The notes under the pieces: model-generated
The model's database searches: none
Told to the model about the DNA's origin: nothing
What the model saw: only the letters and a program-made list of their open reading frames with translations
From: an uncultured Polaribacter sp.
GTDB lineage: Bacteria > Bacteroidota > Bacteroidia > Flavobacteriales > Flavobacteriaceae
DNA: 64,000 nucleotides
Direction of reading: 5' to 3'
Assembly (NCBI GenBank): GCA_964477255.1
Contig: CAYZDK010000001.1
Coordinates: 28,539 to 92,538 of the forward strand
In this document: positions 20,375 to 30,109 of the stretch, piece after piece
Numbering within the stretch: position 1 is the stretch's first letter
Layout: every line of letters begins with the position of its first letter
Translations under genes and position numbers: made by a program

Positions 20375-21727
20375 ATGACTTTTAAGGATTTAGACCTGTC
20401 TAATCAATTGAATTATGCGTTAGAAGATTTGGGGTTTGAAAAACCAACACCAATTCAATCAGAGGCGTTTTCTGTGGTAAGATCTGGAAAAGATGTTGTA
20501 GGAATTGCACAAACAGGAACAGGAAAAACCTTTGCATATATGTTGCCAATTCTTAGAGATTTAAAATTTTCTAAGCAAATGCACCCAAGAGTTTTGGTTT
20601 TGGTACCAACTAGAGAATTGGTTTTGCAAGTTGTAGAAGAAATAGAAAAATTAGCAAAATATATAAATGTTCGTGTTTTAGGCGTTTATGGTGGTACTAA
20701 TATCAATACGCAAAAACAAGCCATTGTGCAAGGTCAGGATATTATTGTTGCAACTCCTGGAAGATTGTATGACCTTGGTGTAAGCAATGCACTAAAGCTA
20801 AAATCTATTCAAAAATTGGTAATAGATGAGGTAGATGTAATGTTAGATCTAGGATTTCGTTTCCAGTTGATGAATATTTTTGATTTAATTCCTGAACGTA
20901 GGCAAAATATACTTTTCTCTGCAACAATGACAAGTGAAGTTGATGCCTTAATCTACGATTTCTTTAAAAGTCCAGAAAAGATATCAATAGCAGTTAGCGG
21001 AACACCATTAGACAACATTTCTCAAAAATCATACAATGTACCTAACTTCTTTACAAAGGTTAATTTATTAAAGCATTTGTTATATGATAAGAATACTTTT
21101 ACAAAGGTTTTAATTTTTGTAGCCTATAAGAGAACAGCAGATTTTTTATTTAAATATTTAGAAGAAGATTTTAAAGAAGAAATCTGTGTTATTCATTCTA
21201 ACAAAACACAAAATTATAGAGTTCGTTCTATAAGACAGTTTGAAGAAGGTGTAAATCGTATTTTGTTAGCTACAGATGTTATGGCAAGAGGATTAGATTT
21301 TGATAATGTTAGTCATGTTATAAATTTCGATACGCCAGATTTTCCGGAAAACTATATGCATAGAATAGGAAGAACAGGAAGGGCAGAACAAAAGGGAGAA
21401 ACCATTTTATTTTCTACAGAAAAAGAAATAGAAGCAAAAAGACAAATAGAAGCTCTTATGCATTACGAAATTCCTTTAATTTCTTTACCTGAAGAAGTAG
21501 AAATTTCTAAAGAACTTACAGAAGACGAAAGGCCTAAAGAAGAATCTATACAGTCTAGAAATAGAACTGGTTTATTATATGAACCAGGACCTGCTTTTCA
21601 TGAAAAGAGCGATAAAAATAAAAAAGTAAATCTTGGTGGAAAATACAGAAGAGAAATTGCTAAAAAATATAAAAAACCAAAAACCAAAGGAGACAAAAAC
21701 TATAACCGAAGAAATAAAAAGAAATAA
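20375..21727 (+). CDS. DEAD/DEAH-box RNA helicase
   Basis: Q motif PTPIQ, AQTGTGKT, PTRELV, TPGR, DEVD, SAT, ARGLD, HRIGRTGR; basic C-tail. Confidence 0.96.
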   Translation: MTFKDLDLSNQLNYALEDLGFEKPTPIQSEAFSVVRSGKDVVGIAQTGTGKTFAYMLPILRDLKFSKQMHPRVLVLVPTRELVLQVVEEIEKLAKYINVRVLGVYGGTNINTQKQAIVQGQDIIVATPGRLYDLGVSNALKLKSIQKLVIDEVDVMLDLGFRFQLMNIFDLIPERRQNILFSATMTSEVDALIYDFFKSPEKISIAVSGTPLDNISQKSYNVPNFFTKVNLLKHLLYDKNTFTKVLIFVAYKRTADFLFKYLEEDFKEEICVIHSNKTQNYRVRSIRQFEEGVNRILLATDVMARGLDFDNVSHVINFDTPDFPENYMHRIGRTGRAEQKGETILFSTEKEIEAKRQIEALMHYEIPLISLPEEVEISKELTEDERPKEESIQSRNRTGLLYEPGPAFHEKSDKNKKVNLGGKYRREIAKKYKKPKTKGDKNYNRRNKKK

Positions 21728-22092
21728 TGCAGATTTTAACAGAACAAGAACTACATAATTTAGCAATGAATATTGTAGGAGAAAAGTTAGAAAAAATGGG
21801 CTATGAGTTTCAAGCTATAAATAGCCAACTAAAAAGGCACCCTCAGTTTGTATTGTTTAAAAAAGGAGAACCCACAATTTTTGTATTGGTAAAAGCAACT
21901 AATAATTTGCAAAACCCTAACGAATATGACACTATTTGGATGGAGACTTTTGTACAGCACGCCAAAAAGAATAATGCAAAAGTTTGGTTTGCAGGCGTGG
22001 GTATTGCCAATGCAGAGAGTATAGAAAATCCTGTGTTTAAAAATCAGCCATATTATGTGGCATTCGAAGATTTTCTTAAAATTGTTGAATAA
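21727..22092 (+). CDS. Conserved hypothetical protein coupled to the helicase
   Basis: 121-aa ORF with TAATG stop/start overlap; alpha/beta pattern. Confidence 0.75.
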   Translation: MQILTEQELHNLAMNIVGEKLEKMGYEFQAINSQLKRHPQFVLFKKGEPTIFVLVKATNNLQNPNEYDTIWMETFVQHAKKNNAKVWFAGVGIANAESIENPVFKNQPYYVAFEDFLKIVE

Positions 22093-22119
22093 AATACATT
22101 TACAATAGTTTCTAGTAAT

Positions 22120-22153
22120 AAAAAAGGCTACCAATATTTTGGTAGCCTTTTTT
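22120..22153. terminator. Bidirectional intrinsic terminator
   Basis: A6-GGCTACCAA-tatt-TTGGTAGCC-T6 between convergent genes. Confidence 0.88.
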
Positions 22154-22171
22154 GTTTAATTTAATATAAAA

Positions 22172-23017
22172 TTATTTAGCATCTTGCTCTAATAAGTTAA
22201 AGAACTGGTCTAACTTAGGCATGATAATAATTTTTGTTCTTCTGTTTTTAGCTTTATTTTCTGCTGTATCGTTTGGCGCTAAAGGAATGTACTGACTTCT
22301 ACCTGCAGCAATTAAACGCTCTGGCTTAACACCAAACTTGTATTGTAAAATTCTAGTAATAGAAGTAGATCTTAGAACAGATAAATCCCAGTTATCTTGA
22401 ATTACAGTTCTCTTAATTGGGTTAGAATCTGTATGTCCTTCAATCATAACCTCCATCTCTGGTTGGTCTTTAATTACTGTTGCAATCTTCTCTAAAACAG
22501 AATAAGCTTTATCATTTACATTATAGCTACCGCTTTTAAATAATAATTTATCAGAAATAGAAATCATAACCACAGTTTTTTCTACATTTACTTCTATGTC
22601 TTCGTCCTGAATACCTTCAGTTAAGTTTTTCGTTAAATGGTATTTAATAGCTAAATTAATAGAATCTTTCTGCGTCATTGCTTCTCTAATTCCATTAATG
22701 TACTTGTCTTTTTCACTTAATTGAGAAATAACTTTGTTAATTCCTTCAGAAGAAGATTTAGACAATACAGTTAAGTTTTCTACTTGTTTTAAAGCATTTC
22801 TTTTATCGTCTTGTAAAGAAGCAACTTGGTCTGATAAAGAAGCTACTTTACTATCTTGTCTTTCTTTTTCTATCATTAACTTCTGTAGAGAAGTTTCCAC
22901 TTTAAGTAACTCTTCTTTGGTCTGAGCTTGCTCCGTTTCTAATTCAGTATATTTCTTTTTAGACACACACGAAGTTGTTACAACTATCGATAATAAAATT
23001 AATACTAGTTTCTTCAT
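22172..23017 (-). CDS. OmpA/MotB-family peptidoglycan-binding lipoprotein with coiled coil
   Basis: Lipobox TTSC, coiled coil, EGHTD, NWDLSVLRS, NRRT motifs. Confidence 0.88.
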   Translation of the reverse strand: MKKLVLILLSIVVTTSCVSKKKYTELETEQAQTKEELLKVETSLQKLMIEKERQDSKVASLSDQVASLQDDKRNALKQVENLTVLSKSSSEGINKVISQLSEKDKYINGIREAMTQKDSINLAIKYHLTKNLTEGIQDEDIEVNVEKTVVMISISDKLLFKSGSYNVNDKAYSVLEKIATVIKDQPEMEVMIEGHTDSNPIKRTVIQDNWDLSVLRSTSITRILQYKFGVKPERLIAAGRSQYIPLAPNDTAENKAKNRRTKIIIMPKLDQFFNLLEQDAK

Positions 23018-23046
23018 ATTTTACTTTTATAGTTTATATTGAACTA

Positions 23047-23054
23047 CAAATTTA
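23047..23054 (-). promoter_or_regulatory. -7 box (TAAATTTG) for the OmpA/MotB-family gene
   Basis: TAnnTTTG consensus upstream of the ATG. Confidence 0.55.
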
Positions 23055-23110
23055 AAAAATTACTGATACTATATAGCGTATTTAAGACTTTTTATGAAAA
23101 ATTTTAATAG

Positions 23111-23118
23111 TATTTTTG
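23111..23118 (+). promoter_or_regulatory. -7 box (TATTTTTG) for apbE
   Basis: TAnnTTTG consensus 15 nt upstream of the ATG. Confidence 0.55.
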
Positions 23119-23133
23119 TAAAAAATTAGTTCG

Positions 23134-24111
23134 ATGAATGCTAGATTCTTTATAATTGTTTTCTCCATATTACTTATTACAGCGTGTAGTAAGCAAGAAA
23201 AAACCAAAGATTTCGAGTTAACTGGAAATGTCTTTGGAACAACTTACAAGATTGTTTACTTAAATGGGAATGTAAATTATCAAAAGGAATTAGATAGTAT
23301 TTTCGGTGCTTTTAACAAATCTGTTTCTACTTATTTAGACAACTCCTTAATAACGCAGATAAATAATGGAGACACTTTAGTAAAAGTTGATCCTATTTTT
23401 AAAGAAGTTTTTAAAAAGTCAAAAAAAATTCACAAAGAAACTAATGGTTATTTCGATCCTACTGTTGGTAATTTGGTAAATGCATATGGTTTTGGTCCTG
23501 AAGACAAAGAAATTAACCTTAGTAAAGAAGAAGTGTCTTCCTATATGGAGTTTGTTGGTTTAGATAAAGTTACTTTAGTAAACAATACATTGAGAAAAGA
23601 AAAAAAAGGCATTTATTTAGATTTTAATTCCATTGCAAAAGGTTTTGGAATTGACGCAGTTGCGCGTTTTTTTGATTCTAAAAATATTAATAGTTATTTA
23701 ATTGAAATTGGTGGAGAAATAAGAGCGAAAGGTGTTAAAGGTAATGAAGATCCTTGGGTTATTAAGTTGGTAAATCCAGTAAATGTAGATTCTGGATTTA
23801 GAATTATCAACCTATCTAATAAATCTATGGCAACTTCTGGGAATTATAGAAAGTTTAGGGTAGATAATGCTGGCAATAAATACGTACATACTATAAATCC
23901 TAAAACAGGTTTAGCACAAGAAAGTAACTTATTAAGTGCATCTGTTATTGCAGAATCAGACTGTGCAGATGTAGATGCTTATGCAACTGCATTTATGGCA
24001 ATGGGGTTAGAAAAAACCAAAGCATTTCTAGAAGATAGACCAGATTTAAAAGTTATTCTAATTTATATTAATGATAAAGGTTTGTTAGAAGAGTATACAA
24101 CCTATAAATAA
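23134..24111 (+). CDS. apbE: FAD:protein FMN transferase
   Basis: Lipobox TAC, FDPTVG, DFNSIAKGF, EIGGE, ATSGNYR, HTINPKTG, DAYATA motifs. Confidence 0.94.
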   Translation: MNARFFIIVFSILLITACSKQEKTKDFELTGNVFGTTYKIVYLNGNVNYQKELDSIFGAFNKSVSTYLDNSLITQINNGDTLVKVDPIFKEVFKKSKKIHKETNGYFDPTVGNLVNAYGFGPEDKEINLSKEEVSSYMEFVGLDKVTLVNNTLRKEKKGIYLDFNSIAKGFGIDAVARFFDSKNINSYLIEIGGEIRAKGVKGNEDPWVIKLVNPVNVDSGFRIINLSNKSMATSGNYRKFRVDNAGNKYVHTINPKTGLAQESNLLSASVIAESDCADVDAYATAFMAMGLEKTKAFLEDRPDLKVILIYINDKGLLEEYTTYK

Positions 24112-24879
24112 TTACTTAAAACAAACTGGTAATAATTCTCCTGGAGTTAAGCAATATTTTTTTATAGAATTAGGGCTAAGTTCTTTTGAGTATTCTATAG
24201 CTTTTACGCGAAAGCCAATATTTTGTAGTTTATCAAAATAATCTAAACCATATACCCTAACATGATCGTATTGCCCAAAAATTTTGGTTCGTTCTTCTTT
24301 ATCAACAATAGAATTATCTTCAAAAGTTACGTCTCTAGATAAATCTTGGGGTATCTGAAAAATACCATAACCTCCTTTTTTTAGCACTCTAAACAATTCT
24401 TGCATCGCTTTTTTATCATCAGGAATATGTTCTAATACATGATTGCAAAAAATAACGTCAAATTCTTCATCTTTAAAAGGTAAATTGCAAATATCTGCTT
24501 TTACATCTGCGATTGGCGATTCTAAATCTGCAGTGATATACTCTAGATTTTTTTGCTGCTTAAACTTTTTTAAAAAACACTGTTCAGGTGCAATGTGCAA
24601 CACTTTTTGGACTTTTTTAGTGGTAAAAAAGTTAGTTTCGTTTTGCAAGTACAACCATAATAAACGATGTCTTTCTAAAGATAAAGTTGATGGTGATAAT
24701 GCATTTTCTCTTTGTTTTGCATAACCATAAGGTAAAAGCTTACGAAATGATTTTCCGTCTATTGGATCTGTATAGGTGTTGCCTTTAAGATAAAGCGTTA
24801 GTATAGGTCTTACCCAAAAACTTATTTTTATAAGCCATGGTCTTGGAACCGCATTTAGTATGCTTTTAAAAATAAACAT
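24112..24879 (-). CDS. Class I SAM-dependent methyltransferase
   Basis: LHIAPE, ADICNLPF, CNHVLEHIPDD, GQYDHVR motifs; start moved to ATG 24879. Confidence 0.85.
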   Translation of the reverse strand: MFIFKSILNAVPRPWLIKISFWVRPILTLYLKGNTYTDPIDGKSFRKLLPYGYAKQRENALSPSTLSLERHRLLWLYLQNETNFFTTKKVQKVLHIAPEQCFLKKFKQQKNLEYITADLESPIADVKADICNLPFKDEEFDVIFCNHVLEHIPDDKKAMQELFRVLKKGGYGIFQIPQDLSRDVTFEDNSIVDKEERTKIFGQYDHVRVYGLDYFDKLQNIGFRVKAIEYSKELSPNSIKKYCLTPGELLPVCFK

Positions 24880-24883
24880 AGTG

Positions 24884-25705
24884 TTAAACAACTAAAGGTT
24901 GTTCACGAAACTCATCTTCTCTATTTGTTTCATTACCAAGTGCTTTATCTATGTATTTAAAGGTAGATAACAATTCTGGTTTTCCATTTACAATTGCTAC
25001 ATCATGCTCAAAATGTGCAGATGGTTTACCGTCTAAAGTAGTAATAGTCCATCCATCTGAATGTTGACGAATTTTATGCGTACCTAAGTTTGTCATTGGC
25101 TCTATGGCTACAACCATGCCTTCTACAAACTTTTTTCCTCTTCCTCTTTTGCCGTAATTAGGCATTTCTGGATCTTCATGCATCTTTCTGCCCAAACCAT
25201 GCCCTACTAATTCACGCACAACTCCATAACCGTGTTTCTCTGTGAAATTTTGAATTGCAAAGCCTACATCTCCAACACGATTTCCTGCTTTAAATTCACG
25301 AATTCCAACATATAAACTTTCTTTAGTTATTTCTAGTAATTTTTTTGTTTCTTCATCAATTTCACCAACGGCAAAAGTGTATGCATGATCTCCATAAAAA
25401 CCATTTTTTATAGCACCGCAATCTATAGAAATAATATCTCCTTCTTGTAAGGGCGTATTGTTTGGAATACCATGAACCACTTGCGAGTTCGGACTCATGC
25501 AGAGTGTATTTGGAAAGTCATATAAACCTAAAAACCCAGGAACTGCGTCTTGCGAACGTATATACTCTTCTGCAAGTTTATCTAAATAGAGTGTTGTTAC
25601 TCCTGGTTTTACTTCAGAGGCTAACATGCCAAGTGTTTTAGATACCACTAATGCACTTTCGCGCATTATTTCTATTTCTTCTCTAGTTTTTGTTTTAATC
25701 ATCAC
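24884..25705 (-). CDS. map: Methionine aminopeptidase type I
   Basis: HGIP, DCG...GFYGD, GHGLG, AIEPM, AHFEH metal-binding motifs. Confidence 0.96.
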   Translation of the reverse strand: MMIKTKTREEIEIMRESALVVSKTLGMLASEVKPGVTTLYLDKLAEEYIRSQDAVPGFLGLYDFPNTLCMSPNSQVVHGIPNNTPLQEGDIISIDCGAIKNGFYGDHAYTFAVGEIDEETKKLLEITKESLYVGIREFKAGNRVGDVGFAIQNFTEKHGYGVVRELVGHGLGRKMHEDPEMPNYGKRGRGKKFVEGMVVAIEPMTNLGTHKIRQHSDGWTITTLDGKPSAHFEHDVAIVNGKPELLSTFKYIDKALGNETNREDEFREQPLVV

Positions 25706-25719
25706 TAAAAATTAGGGCA

Positions 25720-25727
25720 CAAAGGTA
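25720..25727 (-). promoter_or_regulatory. -7 box (TACCTTTG) for map
   Basis: TAnnTTTG consensus upstream of the start. Confidence 0.55.
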
Positions 25728-25745
25728 CTTAAAATCGCAAGAAAT

Positions 25746-26288
25746 TTAGGAACGTTTAATGCTTACCTTTTTTTGTTTTTGAAATGGCTCACCGATAATT
25801 GTTTTTAATAAGTATTTTTCAATATTTCCCATTGGGTACTTTGTTAGCCTGCCTAATTCTTTACCGTTTTTAGTAAATATAAACTCAGGAACAGTACCTA
25901 TTTTATCTCCTTTATTTTTTCCAACAGGAAGAGTTCTGCTTCTATCTACAGAAATTAATTCTAGATTGTTAAAATCAAAACCTATTTCTTCTAAGATTTT
26001 ATAGAGTCGTGGAACATCTCTTCTGCTTTCCCAACACCAAGTAGCGATGTATCCTTTAATTTTTACACCTTTAGAAACAGCTTTTAATTGCTTAATTACT
26101 TCTTTTTCTGTATTGTAACTGCCATAATAGTCTGCAAACCATTTTTCATAATTTTTATGTTGAAAAGATTTTTTTGTAGCATAACCTACTAAGTAGCCAT
26201 CGTTATCAATTATTGTTTTTTCTTTTTTCTGAGAGAATGAAAATTGTACTACAAAAGCAATCAGGATGTATAAAAAGTGTTTTCTCAT
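25746..26288 (-). CDS. Exported thioredoxin-fold protein (single Cys)
   Basis: Signal peptide; TWCWESRRDVP at the CxxC position; VPEF cis-Pro loop; ELGR. Confidence 0.75.
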   Translation of the reverse strand: MRKHFLYILIAFVVQFSFSQKKEKTIIDNDGYLVGYATKKSFQHKNYEKWFADYYGSYNTEKEVIKQLKAVSKGVKIKGYIATWCWESRRDVPRLYKILEEIGFDFNNLELISVDRSRTLPVGKNKGDKIGTVPEFIFTKNGKELGRLTKYPMGNIEKYLLKTIIGEPFQKQKKVSIKRS

Positions 26289-27808
26289 AAGTTTAGTAAG
26301 GATTTTTGCGTCATTTCTTCTGGTTGTTCTACTCCCATTAAATCTAATATTGTTGGGGCAATATCTCCTAGTATTCCACTTTTTACAGAGCTAATATCTT
26401 TATCAATTAGTATAAATGGTACTGGATTAGTAGTATGTGCTGTGTGTGGTGTACCATCTGGATTCATCATAGTTTCACAATTTCCATGATCTGCAATTAG
26501 TAATGTAGAGTACCCATTTTTTAATCCTGTTTCTATAACATCTTTTGCACAAATATCAACAGCTTCACAAGCTTTTATTGCAGCTTCCATAACTCCTGTA
26601 TGCCCTACCATGTCTCCATTTGCAAAATTTAAACATACAAAATCAGTTTTTCCTTTTTCCAAGTTTTTGCAAAGTGCATCTCTTAGTTCAAAGGCAGACA
26701 TTTCTGGTTTTAAATCGTATGTAGCTACTTTTGGCGAGTTTTTTAAGATTCTTTTTTCTCCGTCAAAAGGTTCTTCTCTTCCTCCAGAAAAGAAAAAAGT
26801 TACATGAGGATATTTTTCAGTTTCAGCAATTCTAATCTGAGTTTTTCCTGCCTTTGAAAGAACTTCTCCTAAAGTGTTCTTTATATTTTTGTTAGTATAA
26901 ATAACCTGAATGTTCTTAAAGGTTTCATCATAAAGCGTCATTGTTGTATAGTACAAATCTAACTTTTTCATTTCTTGTTCAGGGATATCTTTTTGAGATA
27001 GTGCATAGGTTAATTCTCTACCTCTATCAGTTCTGTAATTAAAAAATAGAACCACATCTCCTGATGTTATTTTTGCTTTGGGTTCTCCATCTGAACCTGT
27101 AATTACTATCGGTTCTAAGAACTCATCAGTTACGTTGTTTTGGTAAGAATTTTCTATTGCTTCTTTTACATTGGTAGTTGCTTTTCCTTTACCATGAACT
27201 AGACAATCATATGCTTTTTTAATTCTTTCCCAACGATTATCTCTATCCATGGCATAATAACGACCAGTAACTGTGGCAAGTTTGCCAGTTGTTTTATCCA
27301 TATGCTCTTGGATATCATTAATGAAATAACTTCCAGATTTTGGGTCACAATCTCTACCGTCTGTAAAGGCATGTACAAACACATTAGGCACTTCATTTTC
27401 ATGTGCAACATCTAAAATTCCTTTTAAATGATTGATGTGAGAATGAATTCCACCATCAGAAACCAAACCTAATAAATGTACTTTTTTATTATTTTTTTTT
27501 GCATGTTGCAATGTATCTAATAGCACCTTTTCATTACCTAATGTTTTCTCTTCAACAGCCTTGTTTATTCGTGCTAAATTTTGGTAAACAATTCTACCAG
27601 CACCTAAATTCATGTGTCCAACTTCAGAGTTTCCCATTTGTCCTTCTGGTAAGCCAACATGTTCTCCATCAGTTCGTAATTCTGCATTTGGAAATTTCTT
27701 GTACAAAGAATTTATATATGGTGTTTTTGCATTATAGATGGCAGAAACTTTAGGGTCTTGCGTAATTCCCCATCCATCTAATATCATTAGGATAACTTTC
27801 TTGTTCAT
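26285..27808 (-). CDS. gpmI: 2,3-bisphosphoglycerate-independent phosphoglycerate mutase
   Basis: LDGWG, MGNSEVGH, TDGRD, GRYYAMDRD, AETEKYPHVT, DMVGH, DHGN motifs. Confidence 0.97.
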   Translation of the reverse strand: MNKKVILMILDGWGITQDPKVSAIYNAKTPYINSLYKKFPNAELRTDGEHVGLPEGQMGNSEVGHMNLGAGRIVYQNLARINKAVEEKTLGNEKVLLDTLQHAKKNNKKVHLLGLVSDGGIHSHINHLKGILDVAHENEVPNVFVHAFTDGRDCDPKSGSYFINDIQEHMDKTTGKLATVTGRYYAMDRDNRWERIKKAYDCLVHGKGKATTNVKEAIENSYQNNVTDEFLEPIVITGSDGEPKAKITSGDVVLFFNYRTDRGRELTYALSQKDIPEQEMKKLDLYYTTMTLYDETFKNIQVIYTNKNIKNTLGEVLSKAGKTQIRIAETEKYPHVTFFFSGGREEPFDGEKRILKNSPKVATYDLKPEMSAFELRDALCKNLEKGKTDFVCLNFANGDMVGHTGVMEAAIKACEAVDICAKDVIETGLKNGYSTLLIADHGNCETMMNPDGTPHTAHTTNPVPFILIDKDISSVKSGILGDIAPTILDLMGVEQPEEMTQKSLLNL

Positions 27809-28041
27809 TTTTTAGAATTGAAATGTAAAAATAAGAAAGATTTTAGTGTTCTACTTTTTTATTTACGAAACCGTTTACATCAAAGCTTTTAAATCGAAAT
27901 ACATAATCTATTTCAATAACTATGAATTACTGATTTTATAGCAATTTGTTACTTTTAATTAGAAAGTCATTTTTAATAACAAATAGAGGTAGCAATTATT
28001 GCAAAATTCGTAAATTTACGAAGCTAATATTACTACAATTC

Positions 28042-29787
28042 ATGGAATTAAATTTTGAACTGAATGAGGTAACTAAAAAGTTGCCAGCACACTTGCATAA
28101 ATTTATTGTTAAACAGCCTTATGAAGAATATACTCCACAAAATCAAGCTGTTTGGAGATATGTAATGCGTATGAATGTAGATTATTTAACCAAGGTTGCA
28201 CATGGTTCTTATGTTGATGGATTAAAAAAAACAGGAATTTCTATTGATAGTATTCCTCATATGGAAGGAATGAATAGAATTTTGAAAGATATTGGTTGGG
28301 CAGCTGTATCTGTTGATGGTTTTATACCTCCAAATGCATTTATGGAATTCCAAGCATACAATGTTTTGGTTATTGCATCTGATATGAGAACGATAGATCA
28401 TATTCAATACACGCCAGCACCAGATATTATTCATGAAGCTGCAGGTCATGCACCTATAATTGCAAATCCAGAATATGCAGAATATTTACGAAGATTTGGC
28501 GAAATAGGTAGCAAAGCCATTTCTTCTTCAAAAGATTATGAAATGTATGAAGCCATACGTTTATTATCTATTCTAAAAGAAAACCCAAATTCTACCCAAA
28601 AGGAGATTGATGAGGCACAAGAAAAAGTAGAATGGTTACAGGAAAATATGGGAGAACTTTCTGAAATGGCTATGATTCGAAATTTACATTGGTGGACAGT
28701 AGAGTATGGTTTAATTGGCTCTGTTGAAAATCCAAAAATATATGGTGCAGGATTGCTTTCTTCTATTGGTGAAAGTGCAGGTTGTATGAAAGATGAGGTT
28801 AAAAAAATTCCATACTCTATAGAAGCTGCAACGCAAAATTTTGATATCACAAAACCACAACCTCAATTGTTTGTTACGCCAGATTTTGCCTATTTAAGTT
28901 TGGTTTTAGACGAATTTGCCAATACAATGGCTTTACGAAAAGGAGGGTTAAATGGTGTACGTAAATTAATAGACTCTAAAGATATTGGCACCATAGAATT
29001 AACTACTGGAATACAGATTTCTGGAAATTTTGATAGAGTAATTGCTACAGACGATGGAGAAGTAGCGTACATACAAACTAAAGGGTTAACTGCTTTGGCT
29101 AACAGAGATAAAGAATTGGTTGGTCATGGAACAAATGTTCATAAAGATGGTTTTGGAAGTCCAATTGGTAAATTGAAAGGAATTAATTTGCCAATTGAAG
29201 ATATGAGCCCAAGAGATTTAAAGGCTTATGGAATTTATGAAGGAGAATTTATGACATTAGAGTTTGAAAGCGGAATAATAATTAGTGGAAAAGCCATAAC
29301 TGGAACTAGAGATTTAAGAGGTAAAATTTTGCTTATTACTTTTGACGAATGTACAGTAATTTATAAAGATGAAGTACTCTTTAAACCAGAATGGGGATTA
29401 TATGACATGGCTGTTGGAAAAGATGTTATTTCTGCATTCGCTGGTCCTGCAGATCCGCTTTCGTTTCACGATTTGGGCAAAGTGTCTAAGACTAAAACAC
29501 ATAAGATAAACTATTCTGATAGTGAAAAGAAATTATACAAACTTTACCAAGAAGTAAGAGATTTACGTGAATCAAAAAAGTTTACAGAAGAAAAAGTAAC
29601 GTTTATTTATACAAAGTTAAAAGAAGATTTTCCTAATGATTGGTTGTTAAATTTAGAATTGTATGAAATTGCTTTACAAAACAATTATGCAATTAAAGAA
29701 CAATTATTGCAACGATTAGAAGAATTAAAATGTAACAAAAGCTACACAAAACTAATAGAAGATGGCTTAGCTTTGTGCCAAAATTAA
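28042..29787 (+). CDS. phhA: Aromatic amino acid hydroxylase (phenylalanine 4-monooxygenase) with C-terminal extension
   Basis: YTPAPDIIHEAAGH (HxxxxH iron ligands), WWTVEYGL, YGAGLLSS; start moved to ATG 28042. Confidence 0.9.
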   Translation: MELNFELNEVTKKLPAHLHKFIVKQPYEEYTPQNQAVWRYVMRMNVDYLTKVAHGSYVDGLKKTGISIDSIPHMEGMNRILKDIGWAAVSVDGFIPPNAFMEFQAYNVLVIASDMRTIDHIQYTPAPDIIHEAAGHAPIIANPEYAEYLRRFGEIGSKAISSSKDYEMYEAIRLLSILKENPNSTQKEIDEAQEKVEWLQENMGELSEMAMIRNLHWWTVEYGLIGSVENPKIYGAGLLSSIGESAGCMKDEVKKIPYSIEAATQNFDITKPQPQLFVTPDFAYLSLVLDEFANTMALRKGGLNGVRKLIDSKDIGTIELTTGIQISGNFDRVIATDDGEVAYIQTKGLTALANRDKELVGHGTNVHKDGFGSPIGKLKGINLPIEDMSPRDLKAYGIYEGEFMTLEFESGIIISGKAITGTRDLRGKILLITFDECTVIYKDEVLFKPEWGLYDMAVGKDVISAFAGPADPLSFHDLGKVSKTKTHKINYSDSEKKLYKLYQEVRDLRESKKFTEEKVTFIYTKLKEDFPNDWLLNLELYEIALQNNYAIKEQLLQRLEELKCNKSYTKLIEDGLALCQN

Positions 29788-29797
29788 CAACTATAAA

Positions 29798-30109
29798 ATG
29801 AGATTTTTAGATTTATTTAAAAGAAAAGACATGAGTGCAGAAATTAAAGAATATTTAAGTAACGATGCTGTAGTTTTAGATGTTAGAACTAAAATGGAGT
29901 GGGATGAAGGGCATATAGATGGAGCTAAGCATATCGTTTTGAATTTAATACCGTTAGAAATAGAGCAAATTAAATCTTGGAATAAGCCAGTTATTGCAGT
30001 ATGTAAAAGTGGTGGTAGAAGCGGACAGGCAGCACAATTCTTAAGACAAAACGGAATTGATGTCATTAATGGAGGACCTTGGCAAAATGTTGCACAGTAT
30101 TTAGATTAA
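29798..30109 (+). CDS. Rhodanese-like domain protein
   Basis: LDVRT..EW..GHI.GA and CKSGGRS active-site loop. Confidence 0.9.
   Translation: MRFLDLFKRKDMSAEIKEYLSNDAVVLDVRTKMEWDEGHIDGAKHIVLNLIPLEIEQIKSWNKPVIAVCKSGGRSGQAAQFLRQNGIDVINGGPWQNVAQYLD

Noticed and set aside
21727-22092. NqrF (Na+-NQR subunit F) label, which I recall being attached to similar small proteins
   Set aside because: At 121 aa with no Cys it has no 2Fe-2S or FAD/NADH motifs
22172-23017. Flagellar motor MotB call
   Set aside because: It has a lipoprotein signal rather than the MotB TM helix with its conserved Asp, and no motA or flagellar genes are nearby
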